Shown here: positions 26,552 through 37,828 of the stretch, piece by piece
How positions within the stretch are numbered: the stretch's first letter is position 1
Layout: each line of letters opens with the position of its first letter
Source of the DNA: Nitrospiria bacterium
GTDB lineage: Bacteria > Nitrospirota > Nitrospiria > JACQBZ01
Length of the DNA stretch: 64,000 nucleotides
Reading direction: 5' to 3'
Assembly: GCA_035498035.1 (NCBI GenBank)
Contig: DATKAN010000025.1
Location: 17,190-81,189 of the forward strand
Notes under the pieces: generated by a model
Seen by the model: the letters and a program-made list of their open reading frames with translations, nothing else
The model's database searches: none
What the model was told of the DNA's origin: nothing
Translations under genes and position numbers: made by a program

Positions 26552-28993
26552 TCATCCCCTCCGGCGAGCCGAGATGGCCGGGGCCAGAACCTTTTCACGG
26601 CGGACCTTTTGCGCGACCGGACGGTGAACTTTGGAGCCGGGCGACTGCCGGAGGGCCGCCGGGAGGACATCGTCCATGGTCTCGGCAAAGACGAACTCCA
26701 TCCCGCGACGCACGTGCTTCGGGACTTCCTCAAGGTCCTTTTCGTTGCGCTTCGGAACTATCACGGTCTTGATCCCGGCCCGCCGCGCGGCCAGAATTTT
26801 TTCTTTCAATCCGCCGATGGGCAGCACGCGTCCCCGGAGGGTCACCTCCCCGGTCATGGCCACATCCCGACGGACCGGCACGTTGATAAAAACGGAGGCG
26901 AGAGCCGTCGCCATCGTGATTCCGGCCGAAGGCCCGTCCTTGGGGATCGCGCCGGCCGGCACATGGATATGGATATCGTTTTTCGCGAACAGATCCGGCC
27001 GGATGCCCAGGGTCTTCTCCCGGGACCGGATGTAACTCAGCGCCGCCTGGGCCGACTCTTTCATGACATCGCCAAGGTGTCCGGTCAGCAACACGCCTCC
27101 CTTGCCCTTCATGAAGGTGGCTTCGATGTAGATGATGTCCCCGCCGGTCTCGGTCCAGGCCAGTCCGGTCGCCACACCGACCTCGTCCTTTTCCTGCTCC
27201 GCCTCGGGAAGATGTTTCGGAACCCCGAGAAGTTTGTGGATATTGGCCGGCGTGACCGTGAAATGCTTTTCTTTTCCCTCCGCGATCTGTCGCGCAATTT
27301 TGCGGAGGACGTTGGCCAATTCCCGCTCAAGGTTCCGAACGCCGGCCTCGCGGGTGTATTGCTGAATGACCGTCCGGATGGCGGCGTCCGTGAGGGTCAC
27401 GTTCTTCTCCGTGATGCCGTGCTCCGTCAGCTGCCGCGGCATGAGAAAATTGCGCGCGATGCCGAGTTTCTCCTCTTCGGTATATCCGGAAAGTTCGATC
27501 ACCTCCATCCGGTCCCGAAGCGGCGGCAGGATGGTGTCGGTGATATTGGCCGTGGTGACGAACATCACGTTGGACAGATCGAACGGCACGCCCAGGTAAT
27601 GATCACTGAAGGCGTTGTTCTGTTCCGGGTCCAACACCTCCAGCAGGGCGGCGGAGGGATCGCCGCGGAAATCCGCGCCGACCTTGTCGATCTCATCCAT
27701 CATGAAAACCGGATTGTTGGTTCCGGCCTGCTTGATTCCCTGAATGATCCGGCCGGGCAGGGCCCCGACATAGGTCCGGCGATGCCCCCGGATCTCGGCC
27801 TCGTCACGAATCCCCCCCAGGGAGATCCGCACGAACTCGCGTCCAAGCGAACGCGCGATCGATTTCCCAAGCGAGGTCTTCCCCACCCCCGGCGGACCGA
27901 CAAAACAGAGAATCGGGCCCTTCATCTTGTCCTTCATCTTCCGGACGGCCAGGTATTCCAGAATCCGCTCCTTGACCTTCTCCAGGTCGTAATGATCCGT
28001 GTCGAGCACCTTGGAGGCCGCCTTGATGTCCAAATTATCCTTGGTCTTCTTGCTCCACGGCAACTCCACCAGCCATTCCAGGTAACTGCGGACCGTGGAG
28101 GCCTCGGCCGAGTCGGGGTGCATGTGCTCCAATCGCTTGAGCTGCTTGTCGGCCTCCTTCGACACCTTGTCCGGCATCTTGGCTTCCTTGATCCGCTTCC
28201 GGAATTCGGTGACCTCCTCGGCGCGCTCGTCCACGTCGCCCAGTTCCTTCTGGATCGCCTTGAGCTGCTCCCGGAGAAAATATTCCCGTTGGGTCTTGTC
28301 CATTTCCCCCTTGGCCTCGGCCTGGATTTTCTGCTGCATGTTCAGGACGCCGAGCTCCTTGGCCAGTATCTCGCTCACCTTCTTGAGGCGCTCGCTGGGA
28401 TCGAGGATCTCCAGGACCTCCTGGGCCTCTTCCACTTTGAGGCCGAGGTTCGAGACGATCATGTCGCTCAGGCGGCCGGGGTCGTCCAGATTCTCGATCA
28501 CCACCAAAACCTCGGGCAGCACGAGTTTCCCGAAACTGCTGACCTTCTCGAGCTGCTCCTTGACGGTGCGGATCAGCGCCTCCAGCTCCAGCGGCCGTTC
28601 TTCGACCTTGGGCTCGATGATTTTTTGAATCCGGACCTGATAATACGGCTCCGATTGGACGAAATTCAGGACGCGGGCCCGGGAAAGGCCCTGCACAAGG
28701 ATCTTGATCCGGCCGTCCGGAAGTTTCAACATCCGCATGATCATTCCGACGGTCCCGATGGTGTGGATGTCCTTCGGCTCGGGGTTTTCGACATCCAGCA
28801 CTTTCTGGGTCGCCATCAGAATCATGCGGTTTCCCGCCAGGGCCTCGTTGATGGCGCGAATCGACATTTCGCGGCCGACGAACAAGGGAAGAACCATGTA
28901 GGGAAAGACCACGATATCCCGCACCGGCAGGAGCGGAAGGGCCTCCGGAATTTCGATCGGTTGCTGCATGCCTTCTTTGTCCTGTTCTGCCAC
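26552..28993 (-). CDS. lon: ATP-dependent Lon protease
   Basis: LON N-domain ([13 protein letters not shown]), AAA+ Walker A (GPPGVGKTS), S-K catalytic dyad region ([15 protein letters not shown]). Confidence 0.9.
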   Translation of the reverse strand: MAEQDKEGMQQPIEIPEALPLLPVRDIVVFPYMVLPLFVGREMSIRAINEALAGNRMILMATQKVLDVENPEPKDIHTIGTVGMIMRMLKLPDGRIKILVQGLSRARVLNFVQSEPYYQVRIQKIIEPKVEERPLELEALIRTVKEQLEKVSSFGKLVLPEVLVVIENLDDPGRLSDMIVSNLGLKVEEAQEVLEILDPSERLKKVSEILAKELGVLNMQQKIQAEAKGEMDKTQREYFLREQLKAIQKELGDVDERAEEVTEFRKRIKEAKMPDKVSKEADKQLKRLEHMHPDSAEASTVRSYLEWLVELPWSKKTKDNLDIKAASKVLDTDHYDLEKVKERILEYLAVRKMKDKMKGPILCFVGPPGVGKTSLGKSIARSLGREFVRISLGGIRDEAEIRGHRRTYVGALPGRIIQGIKQAGTNNPVFMMDEIDKVGADFRGDPSAALLEVLDPEQNNAFSDHYLGVPFDLSNVMFVTTANITDTILPPLRDRMEVIELSGYTEEEKLGIARNFLMPRQLTEHGITEKNVTLTDAAIRTVIQQYTREAGVRNLERELANVLRKIARQIAEGKEKHFTVTPANIHKLLGVPKHLPEAEQEKDEVGVATGLAWTETGGDIIYIEATFMKGKGGVLLTGHLGDVMKESAQAALSYIRSREKTLGIRPDLFAKNDIHIHVPAGAIPKDGPSAGITMATALASVFINVPVRRDVAMTGEVTLRGRVLPIGGLKEKILAARRAGIKTVIVPKRNEKDLEEVPKHVRRGMEFVFAETMDDVLPAALRQSPGSKVHRPVAQKVRREKVLAPAISARRRG

Positions 28994-29096
28994 GTGAATG
29001 ACCCCCTTTGTTTGGAGGGGCTCGCGTCGCCCCCTCCGCTGGCGATCGCTCGCCGTACTCGCTGGAAGGAAAAAAATCAGTTCGGTCCCGGTGGAC

Positions 29097-29537
29097 CTAC
29101 TTGATCTCGATCTTGATGGTTCGTTTGCGCCGGTCTTCGATTTTCGGGAAACGGAGGATCAGAACCCCCTGCCGATAGCGGGCCTCGGCCTTCTGCGGAT
29201 CCACGGCAAAAGGAAGCTGGATGATGCGCCGGAAATCTTCAAAACAGCGTTCCATCCGCAGATAATGTCCGGCCTCCTGTCCCTCCCCCCTTTGACCCCT
29301 CTGCCCTTCAATGGTCACCTGATCGTCCGCCAGACGGACCGCCACCTCTCCCGGTTCAATCCCCGGAAGATCGGCCTCGATCACCAGGGCATCCGATTGT
29401 TCATAGATGTCCACCAAGGGGCTCGGCGTCTCGCCAACCATATTCTTGCCCTCGCTTTCCTCCGTTCGATACACTTCCTGAAACGGTCCCAACGGGCTCT
29501 GAATGATCTTCATGTGGATGAACGGATCCCTCGCCAC
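29097..29537 (-). CDS. Hsp20/alpha-crystallin small heat-shock protein
   Basis: Alpha-crystallin domain ([18 protein letters not shown]...). Adjacent to lon. Confidence 0.8.
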   Translation of the reverse strand: MARDPFIHMKIIQSPLGPFQEVYRTEESEGKNMVGETPSPLVDIYEQSDALVIEADLPGIEPGEVAVRLADDQVTIEGQRGQRGEGQEAGHYLRMERCFEDFRRIIQLPFAVDPQKAEARYRQGVLILRFPKIEDRRKRTIKIEIK

Positions 29538-29560
29538 AGGGAGGCCCTCCCGAATACGGC

Positions 29561-30433
29561 CTACAACTTCAAACTCTTAAGGTACTGGAGGAACGGCTTT
29601 CCCAAATCCGGACGTTTCAACCCGAATTCCACGGTCGCCTTCAGAAAACCCAGCTTGTCACCGGCGTCGTAACGCATGCCTTCAAGTTGCTTGCCGTACA
29701 TCACTTTTTGCTGGGCCAGGATCCGAAGCGCATCGGTCAACTGAATCTCTCCGTTTTTTCCCGGCGGCGTTTTTTCCAAGACCTTGAAGATCTCCGGCGT
29801 CAGGATATAACGTCCGATGACGGCGAGATTGGACGGGGCCTTTTCAGGCAGGGGCTTTTCGACCAGGTCTTCGATCCGGAAAAGATCCGGTTCGACCGGC
29901 GACGCCTTGATCACGCCGTATTGATGAACCTCGGATTTGGGCACGGGTTGGACGCCCACCACCGGAGATTGGAAACGACGATAGACCTGGATCATCTGTT
30001 GAATCCCCGGCTGCGGTCCGTCCAGAATGTCGTCCCCCAAAATGACGGCAAAGGGTTCATCGCCGATCAGAGGTTGGGCGCACAGTATGGCATGACCCAG
30101 CCCGCGCGCGTGACGCTGCCGGACGTAGCAAAAATCCGCCATCTCCGCGATGGCCTGGATTTCTTTTAGGAGTCCTTTTTTTCCGTTCTCGCGGAGGTTC
30201 TCTTCCAGTTCAATGGAGACGTCGAAATGATCCTCGATCGCCCGCTTCCCCCGACCGGTGATGATGATGATCTCACGAATCCCGGCCGCCACCGCTTCTT
30301 CCACGACGTACTGGATCAGCGGCTTGTCCACCAGCGGAAGCATCTCTTTCGGGGACGCTTTGGTCGCCGGCAGGAACCGGGTTCCCAGCCCCGCCGCCGG
30401 GATGACGGCCTTGACCACGTTGGATGAAAGCAT
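29561..30433 (-). CDS. galU: UTP--glucose-1-phosphate uridylyltransferase
   Basis: KAVIPAAGLGTRFLPATK...PKEMLPLVDKPLIQY GalU N-terminal signature. Confidence 0.85.
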   Translation of the reverse strand: MLSSNVVKAVIPAAGLGTRFLPATKASPKEMLPLVDKPLIQYVVEEAVAAGIREIIIITGRGKRAIEDHFDVSIELEENLRENGKKGLLKEIQAIAEMADFCYVRQRHARGLGHAILCAQPLIGDEPFAVILGDDILDGPQPGIQQMIQVYRRFQSPVVGVQPVPKSEVHQYGVIKASPVEPDLFRIEDLVEKPLPEKAPSNLAVIGRYILTPEIFKVLEKTPPGKNGEIQLTDALRILAQQKVMYGKQLEGMRYDAGDKLGFLKATVEFGLKRPDLGKPFLQYLKSLKL

Positions 30434-30568
30434 GGACCCATTCTACCGAGAGGATCGACGAAAAGTCAAATTCAGCTCGAGCCGAACCGGTCCCCGGAAA
30501 TTATGTCGAAGTCGGGAGCCCTTCCAAATCGATGGACCCGGCGATGGAGACGAGCCCCGCCCGAATAT

Positions 30569-31171
30569 TCAGGCCAGCGGCTTGAGCTCCTCATAGATCC
30601 TGCGCACCTGTTCCTCGACCGCCTTCGGGGACTGCCCGCCGTCGATAATGTAATCGGCCTTGCTTTTCTTTTTGGCCTGGGGCATCTGAGCCCCGATGCG
30701 CTTGACGGCTTCCTCCCGACTCAGCCCATCCCGTCTCATGATGCGGCTGATCTGTTTTCGGCGGTCAATCGTCACCAAAATCACCTTGTCCATGAGCTGA
30801 TACGACCCGGTCTCGATGAGTAACGCGGCGTCAAACAAAACGATCGCCTTTGGATCCTTTTGCGCGATTTCCCTTTGTTGCCGCTCTTCCTCCATAAAGA
30901 CATAGGGATGAACGATCGAATTTAGCAGTTCCCTTTTTTCGGGGTGATCGAACACCAAGCGGCCCAGCGTGGCCCGGTTGAGGGTCCGGTCGGGATTCAG
31001 GATTTCCGGTCCGAAGGCCTCCACGATCCGATTTAAAACCGGATGGCCGGGCTCAACCGCCTTATGGGCCAGCTCATCCGCGTCGATCAGGTAAGCGCCC
31101 AGCTGCTTGAACATCTGCGCCACCAACGATTTTCCGCTTCCGATACCGCCGGTCAACCCGACAAGAAGCAT
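30569..31171 (-). CDS. coaE: Dephospho-CoA kinase
   Basis: MLLVGLTGGIGSGKS P-loop, CoaE size and motifs. Confidence 0.85.
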   Translation of the reverse strand: MLLVGLTGGIGSGKSLVAQMFKQLGAYLIDADELAHKAVEPGHPVLNRIVEAFGPEILNPDRTLNRATLGRLVFDHPEKRELLNSIVHPYVFMEEERQQREIAQKDPKAIVLFDAALLIETGSYQLMDKVILVTIDRRKQISRIMRRDGLSREEAVKRIGAQMPQAKKKSKADYIIDGGQSPKAVEEQVRRIYEELKPLA

Positions 31172-31308
31172 CCTATATCATCCAGGGTTATTTGTTGGGC
31201 CGCCCCGGGCTTTCCAAGGCGAATTTTCGAAGCCGGGATTGTACCATAAATCAAGGGGCCGCCTCCAGTCGCGTTGACTATTCGCAACCCCTCTGTTAAA
31301 CTTTCTTT

Positions 31309-32253
31309 ATGAATCATACCGCAAAGAAAGTCCGGATTCTTCAAGATAATATTGAACAGGTGATTAAGGGAAAAGCGGAGGTGGTCCGGTTGACGATCAC
31401 GGCGCTGCTGGCCCGCGGACACCTCCTGATCGAGGACGTCCCCGGAATCGGCAAGACCACGCTGGCCCACAGCCTGGCCCGGTCCCTGGACTGCAGCTTC
31501 CGGCGCATCCAGTTCACCAGCGACCTCCTTCCGTCCGATATCCTGGGGGTGACCATTTATAATCAACACACCCAGGCCTTTGAATTCAAGCTCGGCCCGA
31601 TCTTCGCGAATATTATCCTGGCGGACGAGATCAACCGGACCACGCCCAAGACTCAGTCCAGTCTTCTGGAAGCCATGAACGATATCCAGGTCTCGGTGGA
31701 CAGTCATACCTATCCGCTTCCCAAGCCTTTCATGGTCATGGCCACACAGAACCCTCTGGAACACCACGGAACTTATCCCTTGCCCGAATCGCAACTGGAT
31801 CGCTTTCTGATGAGGATACGGATCGGTTATCCCGATCTTGCGGATGAGAAGGTCATCCTGACCACTCAGCGTCTTTTTCAGCCGGCCAACGACCTCAAGC
31901 CCGTGTTGACGATCCAGGACGTGCTGGAACTTCAAGAGGCCGTCGATCGTGTCCGCATGGACGAAGGGCTGGTGGACTATCTCCTGGCCCTGACCCGGGC
32001 CACGCGGAGCAGCGAGCTGTTCGGGCTGGGGGTCAGCCCCCGCGGGGCCATGGCGCTCCACAAAGCCGCGCAGGCCTACGCCCTGGTCAACGGACGGAAT
32101 TATTGCGTTCCCGACGACATCAAACGGTTGGCCCCCCTGGTCTTCGCCCACCGCGTGATTCTTAATACTCGGTTTGAAACCGACGGCCCCCGGAGCGAGG
32201 AGGCCGAACGCATCCTTCAGGAATTAATGGACCAGGTCGCCGTTCCGCTGTAG
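31309..32253 (+). CDS. MoxR-family AAA+ ATPase
   Basis: GHLLIEDVPGIGKT Walker A, Walker B, ...PESQLDRF motifs. TTGACT-17-TAAACT promoter-like site just upstream. Confidence 0.85.
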   Translation: MNHTAKKVRILQDNIEQVIKGKAEVVRLTITALLARGHLLIEDVPGIGKTTLAHSLARSLDCSFRRIQFTSDLLPSDILGVTIYNQHTQAFEFKLGPIFANIILADEINRTTPKTQSSLLEAMNDIQVSVDSHTYPLPKPFMVMATQNPLEHHGTYPLPESQLDRFLMRIRIGYPDLADEKVILTTQRLFQPANDLKPVLTIQDVLELQEAVDRVRMDEGLVDYLLALTRATRSSELFGLGVSPRGAMALHKAAQAYALVNGRNYCVPDDIKRLAPLVFAHRVILNTRFETDGPRSEEAERILQELMDQVAVPL

Positions 32254-32335
32254 GGGCAGGATACGCCATGCCAAAAATAATTTCAATAGGCCGGGACGCC
32301 CCTACAAACAAACGGCCCGCCGATGAAAATGGTTT

Positions 32336-33490
32336 ATGTCCGCCTTTCTCATCAGACTGCAGAGACTGATTTACCGAAACCGCTCCGTCACCTTTACGCC
32401 GACGGGCACCCGTTTTGTCCTCCTCACATTGGCCGTCGGCGTGGCCGCGGTGAACACCGGAAACAATCTCCTGTACCTCATTCTCGGAATGATGCTGAGT
32501 CTGATCATCGTCTCCGGCATCCTCTCCGAGCAGTCGCTCCGCAAGATTTCCGTTGAATGGGCTTTCCCCGTCCGGATCTTCGCGCAACAACCGGCCCCGG
32601 TGGAGCTCCGAATCACCAACGACAAAAGGCTCCTTCCTTCTTTTTCGTTCCGGATGGACGCGGGGACCGAAGCGGTTCAATCCGTTTACATGTTCAAACT
32701 GTCCGCCCGGCAGACCGCCGTTTTTCCGCAGACAATCCGTTTTGAAAAAAGAGGGATTCAACCCTTGCCGTCGCTTCGATTTCACACCACCTTTCCGTTC
32801 GGTTTTTTTCACAAAAGCCTGATTCGTCCCCAGATCCGGACGGTGCTGGTATATCCCCGGGTCCTTCCGGTTCCGCCGAGCATCGAAAGGGTATCCTCGC
32901 GTCCCGGCCAGGACCATGAATACCGTCAACGGGGCAGCGGCGCGACGCTTCACAATCTTCGGGATTACACCCCGCTGGATGACGCGCGCGGGATCCATTG
33001 GAAGGCTTCGGCCCGCGAGTTGAAACTCCTCCTGAAAGAATACGAGCGCGAAGAGGACGATGACATCCATCTGTTCTTCACCAATCACCTTTCGGCTCGA
33101 TCCGAAGAACACCTTCAAAATTTCGAGAGGGCCGTTGAGTTGGCCGCTTCGCTCGCCTACGCGCTCGGGCGGCGCGGCTATGCCGTCGCCCTGCAAACGC
33201 TCTCTGAAACCGAATCGGGCCCGGAAGCGTCAACGGATCTTGATCCCGTCCTGAAAAGGCTTGCGCTGATCCAGCCCCTCTACGATTCCACGGATCCGGC
33301 CGATCGGGACAGGATCAGCCAAAGAATCGCGGCCCTCAGCCGCACCGCGGCTCTTGAAGGGCGCCGGATCCTGATTCTCCCTTGCACCGACCCGCTTTGG
33401 GACCCTCTGCGCGGACGTTTTTCGGAGGTCTTGGTGGCCAGCGAGCCCCGGTTCAAGACCTGGTCCAGGTCGGGAGGAAAACGAACGTGA
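32336..33490 (+). CDS. DUF58 protein (MoxR partner, vWA-like)
   Basis: N-terminal TM with NTGNNLLYLI. HNLRDYTPLDDARGIHWKASAR DUF58 core. Confidence 0.75.
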   Translation: MSAFLIRLQRLIYRNRSVTFTPTGTRFVLLTLAVGVAAVNTGNNLLYLILGMMLSLIIVSGILSEQSLRKISVEWAFPVRIFAQQPAPVELRITNDKRLLPSFSFRMDAGTEAVQSVYMFKLSARQTAVFPQTIRFEKRGIQPLPSLRFHTTFPFGFFHKSLIRPQIRTVLVYPRVLPVPPSIERVSSRPGQDHEYRQRGSGATLHNLRDYTPLDDARGIHWKASARELKLLLKEYEREEDDDIHLFFTNHLSARSEEHLQNFERAVELAASLAYALGRRGYAVALQTLSETESGPEASTDLDPVLKRLALIQPLYDSTDPADRDRISQRIAALSRTAALEGRRILILPCTDPLWDPLRGRFSEVLVASEPRFKTWSRSGGKRT

Positions 33491-35616
33491 CCTTGGACCT
33501 GACCTTTCAGATCACCTCCCGCCTCCTGGCCCTGATCGGTTTGCTTTCCCTGATCCTGACCAACGAATTTTCTTTCCTGTTCGGGTTTGCGGCCGTCGCG
33601 GCCGTCGCGGCCAGCTTCATCCTGGTTCTGGGAGGCATGACGTTCAACCTGAGCCGTCAGATCTGGACCTCGGTCAATTTGGCCGTGCTGGCCTTTTTTA
33701 TCGTCGACCTCTCTTTATTTTCCCAATCCCTTCTGACGGCCTGCACCCATTTCGTCGTCTTCCTCATGATCAATAAACTCTTCAATCTCCGAACGCCCCA
33801 GGACCATTTCCAACTTTACCTGATCAGTTTCCTCCAGCTCCTGGCCGCCTCGACCTATACGATCGACGTCAGTTTCCTGATTTCCTTTGTGCTCTACCTC
33901 CTGACCGCGACCTGGGCCCTCCTTCTTCATCATCTCACGACCGAAAAATCGAAATCTCCCGGCCGGCCCTCGGGGGAGCAAGCGCCCGGCTGGTCGTCCG
34001 GGTTGACCTGGCCTTTCTTCATGAGCACGAATACCATCGCGGTCGCCGCGTTGGGATGCTCGCTCATCCTCTTCATCTTCATCCCCCGGGTCGGACTGGG
34101 CTTCTTTCATCGATCCCAATCCAGCCTGATCCGGACCTCCGGCTTTTCGAACGTAGTGGATCTGGGCGAGATCGGTTCGGTCAAAAAAGATCCGACGGTG
34201 ATCATGCGGGTCCAGCCTTCCCGCCCGCTTCCGGGGATCGAAGGGATGTACTGGCGCGGGATGGTGTATGATTTCTACGACGGCCGCAGCTGGCGCAACA
34301 GTTTCGGCAGCGGCCGCCTCGTGGCCTCCGAGGGAAACGGCATCTTCAATCTGGCCTATCGACAATACCCCGAACGGGCGATCTCCCAGGAGATCATCCT
34401 GGAGCCCCTGGACACCGCCGTCCTCTTCGGCGCGCCGTACGCAATCCAGATCGGCGGCCAGTTCTCAACCATCCGGGTGAACGCGATGAATTCCATCTCC
34501 CTCCCGACGGTCCCGGCCACACGGTTCGAATACACCCTCACCTCCGTGCTCCCCTCCCTGACGCAATCGGACACCGAGACCCAAACGATTCCGGCCGCAC
34601 GCCCCCAACTCCGGCCTTATCTCCAGATGCCGGAGGGATCGGACCGGATCGCGCAGCTGGCCGGGGATATTCTCCGGGCGAATCCGTCGGCCGACACCGT
34701 CCTCCAGAAAATCATGGCGACCGAAAAATACCTCCAGACCAATTACCGGTATACCCTGGATGTCCAACCGACGTCCTCCGGCATGCCCATCGAAGACTTC
34801 CTGTTCCGGCAGAAGGCCGGCTTTTGTGAACATTACGCCACCGCCATGACGCTCCTCCTCCGCAGCCTCGGAATTCCGGCGCGGTTTGTGACGGGCTTCC
34901 TGCCCGGCGAATGGAACGATTTCGGCAGATACTACACCGTTCGCCAGAGCAACGCGCACGCCTGGGTCGAGGTATGGTTCGAGCGGTCCGGATGGATCCC
35001 GTTCGACCCGACCCCGCCGGTCCCGTCGGATGACGCGGGAGGCCTTTTTGGGTTTCTCGGCCGCTCGGCCGACTCGATCCAGTGGTGGTGGAACCGGTAC
35101 GTGATCTACTTCAGCCTTCACGATCAGATCAGCCTGGCGAACGAGGTGAAGGAAGGAACGATGAAGGTTCGGATTCAGGTCATGAACCGGGTGAGCGGGG
35201 CCTTCGATGCCGCGTGGGACTTTCTTTCCTCCGCCCTCCTTCATCCCATCCTGATCATGCTCGCCGTTCTGTGCGGCGCCGGGGCCCTGTTCTGGGGGAT
35301 GCGTCATCTTGACTTTTCGAGAAGCGGAATCACCCGGCCATGGCGAAAGCGGCTTCGGAAGGTCCAACCCCACGCCTTCTACTATCAGATGCTCGACCTG
35401 CTCCGCGCCAAAGGCTATCCCAAACCGCCAACTCTCACTCCCCGGGAGTTTCTCCCCCGAATTCCGGCCGCGCCCCAGCCGCTCCGTCCCGTCGCGGCCG
35501 AGCTGACCGACCTTTACTACCGCGTCCGCTTCGCCGGCGACGCTCTGTCCGAGCCGGAGCAATCCCGCATCGCCGAATTGCTCCGGAACCTGAAATCCAA
35601 CCCGACAGAATCTTGA
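33486..35616 (+). CDS. Transglutaminase-like membrane protein (TgpA-like; DUF3488 + TGase core + DUF4129)
   Basis: TGase catalytic region GFCEHYATAMTLLLRSLGIPARFVTGF...AHAWVEVW...FDPT (Cys-His-Asp). Multiple N-terminal TM helices. GTG at 33486 overlaps the DUF58 stop (start uncertain). Confidence 0.7.
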
Positions 35617-35724
35617 GAGTCCTTCGGCCTTTTCCGAAAAACCCTTCTAAACCCTCCCGCGTTCAGAGACGGGCAGCACGGAATCGGACTTGATTCTACC
35701 TTACCAATCGGGTCATAATTTCAT

Positions 35725-37458
35725 TTGAGGGAGGAACTTTTCGTGTCCGTGTTCATCCGGGTACTGGCCGTTCTGGTTCTGTCGGGTCTGGCAAGCCTGT
35801 TTTCGCCATCGGCCTTCGCCGAGGAAGAATCCACCGAGCCCTATGGGACGGTGAGGCTTTCCCGCATCAGCCTCATCGATGGAGAGGCGCTTCTTCAGCG
35901 GGGCGATGACGAGGAGTGGGTGGCGGCCTCGATTAATATGCCGCTTCGCCCTCACGACAAGCTCTGGACGACCGACGACTCCCGGGCCGAGGTCCAATTC
36001 GACGACGGGACCGTGGTCCGGCTTGCGGAAAACACCAGCCTCGACCTCTTAAGCCTTGATCCGGGCTGGATCCACTTCCAGGTCACGTTGGGCGTGGCCA
36101 GCATCGAGGCCAAGGCCCCGTTTCGCACGGGCGCGCAGCAGCCCTTCATGGAGATCGACACGCCGCAGGCCACGGCCCAGATCACCCGTTCGGCGGAATT
36201 TCGGGTGGACGTGGCGGACGACGGGTCCACCGCGATGACGGTCCGCCAGGGAGAGCTGGAATTAAACCGCGACGAGGGGCCGGTCGTGATCGCGGCCGAT
36301 CAACGCGTCTCGATCGAGGGGGGCGACTCCCCGGACTACCTCGTGGATTCGGCCGGGGAGCCGGATGACTGGGATAAATGGAATAAAGACCGCGATGATC
36401 AAGAGACCGCGGCCGAGAGCCATGAACATCTCCCCTCGGACACGGAGATGGGGGTGTCGGAATTGAATACCTACGGGGGCTGGAGTCAGATCCAGCCCTA
36501 CGGCTGGGTCTGGGCCCCCCGAGTGGCCGTGGGATGGGCTCCGTATCATGTCGGCCGCTGGGTCTGGGTCGAGCCGTGGGGCTGGACCTGGGTTTCCTAC
36601 GAACCCTGGGGTTGGCTCCCCTATCACTACGGCCGGTGGATCGTGGTCGGAACCGTCGGTTGGGTCTGGGTGCCCGGTCCGGCCCTGGGAATCTGGACAC
36701 CCGGCTGCGTGCGGTTTTATTACGGGCCGACCTGGGTGAGTTGGGTGCCGCTCGGACCCCACGAGATCTATTATCACCACAAGCCCCCCGACCACAGGCA
36801 TTTCAATTCCAACCCGATCAATTCCCATGTCCCGGGGGCGACGACCGTGATATCCCGGCGTCAGTTCGTCACCGGCGCGCCGGAAGACGAGAGGTTCAAG
36901 CCGCCCAAGGATCCGATTCGGTCCGGCCGTGTGGCCGTCGGCCCGCCGCCGGTCGTGCCGACGCGCGCCAGTCTGCATCCCGCGCCGGATAAAGTGGTCA
37001 CGGCGGATTGGCTTCCGCCCCAAACGATCAATCGCCCGGTGGTCTACACCCGTCCTCCCTCGGCCCCGCCGCCCCTCTTCGAGCACCGGGTGAAGGAAAT
37101 TCACAGTGTCATCACAAAAGGCCTGCCCCCCGCCGCCGCGCCCTCGCTTCCGGCGAGACGCCCGCCGACCATCGAAGGGGGTCGCGCGGTTCATAGAGAC
37201 ATCATCGTCAGGGAAGTCGAACCCTCACAGCATTCCGTCCTTCCAAGGCCAACGCCACGCCTGCCGGAGCAGAGGGTCGAACCCGGGCGCATACCCAAGA
37301 CACGGCAACCGTCTCCCCCCAAGAGCATCAAGTTGCCGCGGCTTCCCTCGGCGCCCACCGCTCCGGGTCCTTCGGCGGGAGGAACCCGACAGGTCCGGCC
37401 CCTTTATAAGGTCCCCCCGCCATCCAGAATCCAAGCCCCGGCCGGTCCTTCGCGATAG
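35725..37458 (+). CDS. Secreted FecR-domain protein with Trp-rich repeat block and proline-rich C-terminal tail
   Basis: Signal peptide. FecR-like beta region (TVRLSRISLIDGEALL...VQFDDGTVVRLAENTSLDL). Then WxW repeats (YGWVWAPRVAVGWAPYHVGRWVWVEPWGWTWVSYEPWGWLPYHYGRWIVVGTVGWVWVPG). About 200 aa Pro-rich tail. Confidence 0.55.
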   Translation: MREELFVSVFIRVLAVLVLSGLASLFSPSAFAEEESTEPYGTVRLSRISLIDGEALLQRGDDEEWVAASINMPLRPHDKLWTTDDSRAEVQFDDGTVVRLAENTSLDLLSLDPGWIHFQVTLGVASIEAKAPFRTGAQQPFMEIDTPQATAQITRSAEFRVDVADDGSTAMTVRQGELELNRDEGPVVIAADQRVSIEGGDSPDYLVDSAGEPDDWDKWNKDRDDQETAAESHEHLPSDTEMGVSELNTYGGWSQIQPYGWVWAPRVAVGWAPYHVGRWVWVEPWGWTWVSYEPWGWLPYHYGRWIVVGTVGWVWVPGPALGIWTPGCVRFYYGPTWVSWVPLGPHEIYYHHKPPDHRHFNSNPINSHVPGATTVISRRQFVTGAPEDERFKPPKDPIRSGRVAVGPPPVVPTRASLHPAPDKVVTADWLPPQTINRPVVYTRPPSAPPPLFEHRVKEIHSVITKGLPPAAAPSLPARRPPTIEGGRAVHRDIIVREVEPSQHSVLPRPTPRLPEQRVEPGRIPKTRQPSPPKSIKLPRLPSAPTAPGPSAGGTRQVRPLYKVPPPSRIQAPAGPSR

Positions 37459-37648
37459 GACGCCGTATCACGCATCGACGCGAAGAACCTGCTTTCATCG
37501 AATACCAAATTGGAACCCGTCGCGGCCCGCACAAATCCCCATCCACTCTATATATAGTGATGCAGATCGAATATATTCGATTTCCTGCCCTGATAACAAC
37601 ATAGGTGACACCCTGATCAACTCGACCCTCCCTGCTCCGTGGCCGCAG

Positions 37649-37740
37649 TTCGACCGGACTAAGGCTCGTCCGCTCAATTTTCCGAAGGGGCTTGGCGGAA
37701 AATTGACCCTGAAGGGCCGCGTCCTTCGCCGAGTCCGGTG
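37649..37740. repeat. Repeat family B, copy 1 (~92 nt, terminal inverted repeats ACCGGACT / AGTCCGGT)
   Basis: Aligns at about 70% with 58450..58547. In copy 2 the terminal stem changes compensatorily to ACCCGACT / AGTCGGGT. Confidence 0.5.
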
Positions 37741-37828
37741 CCCGAACCTCGGCCAAGTCGCGACTCGGGCCGATGCTGATCAGTGTCACCCATATCTATT
37801 TTCATCAAAATAGATTCGATTTTCCCCC

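Noticed and set aside
29000-29050. GGAGGGG...CCCCTCC inverted repeat between hsp20 and lon, considered as a CIRCE element or terminator
   Set aside because: No match to the CIRCE consensus (TTAGCACTC-N9-GAGTGCTAA) and no U-tract on the transcribed strand.
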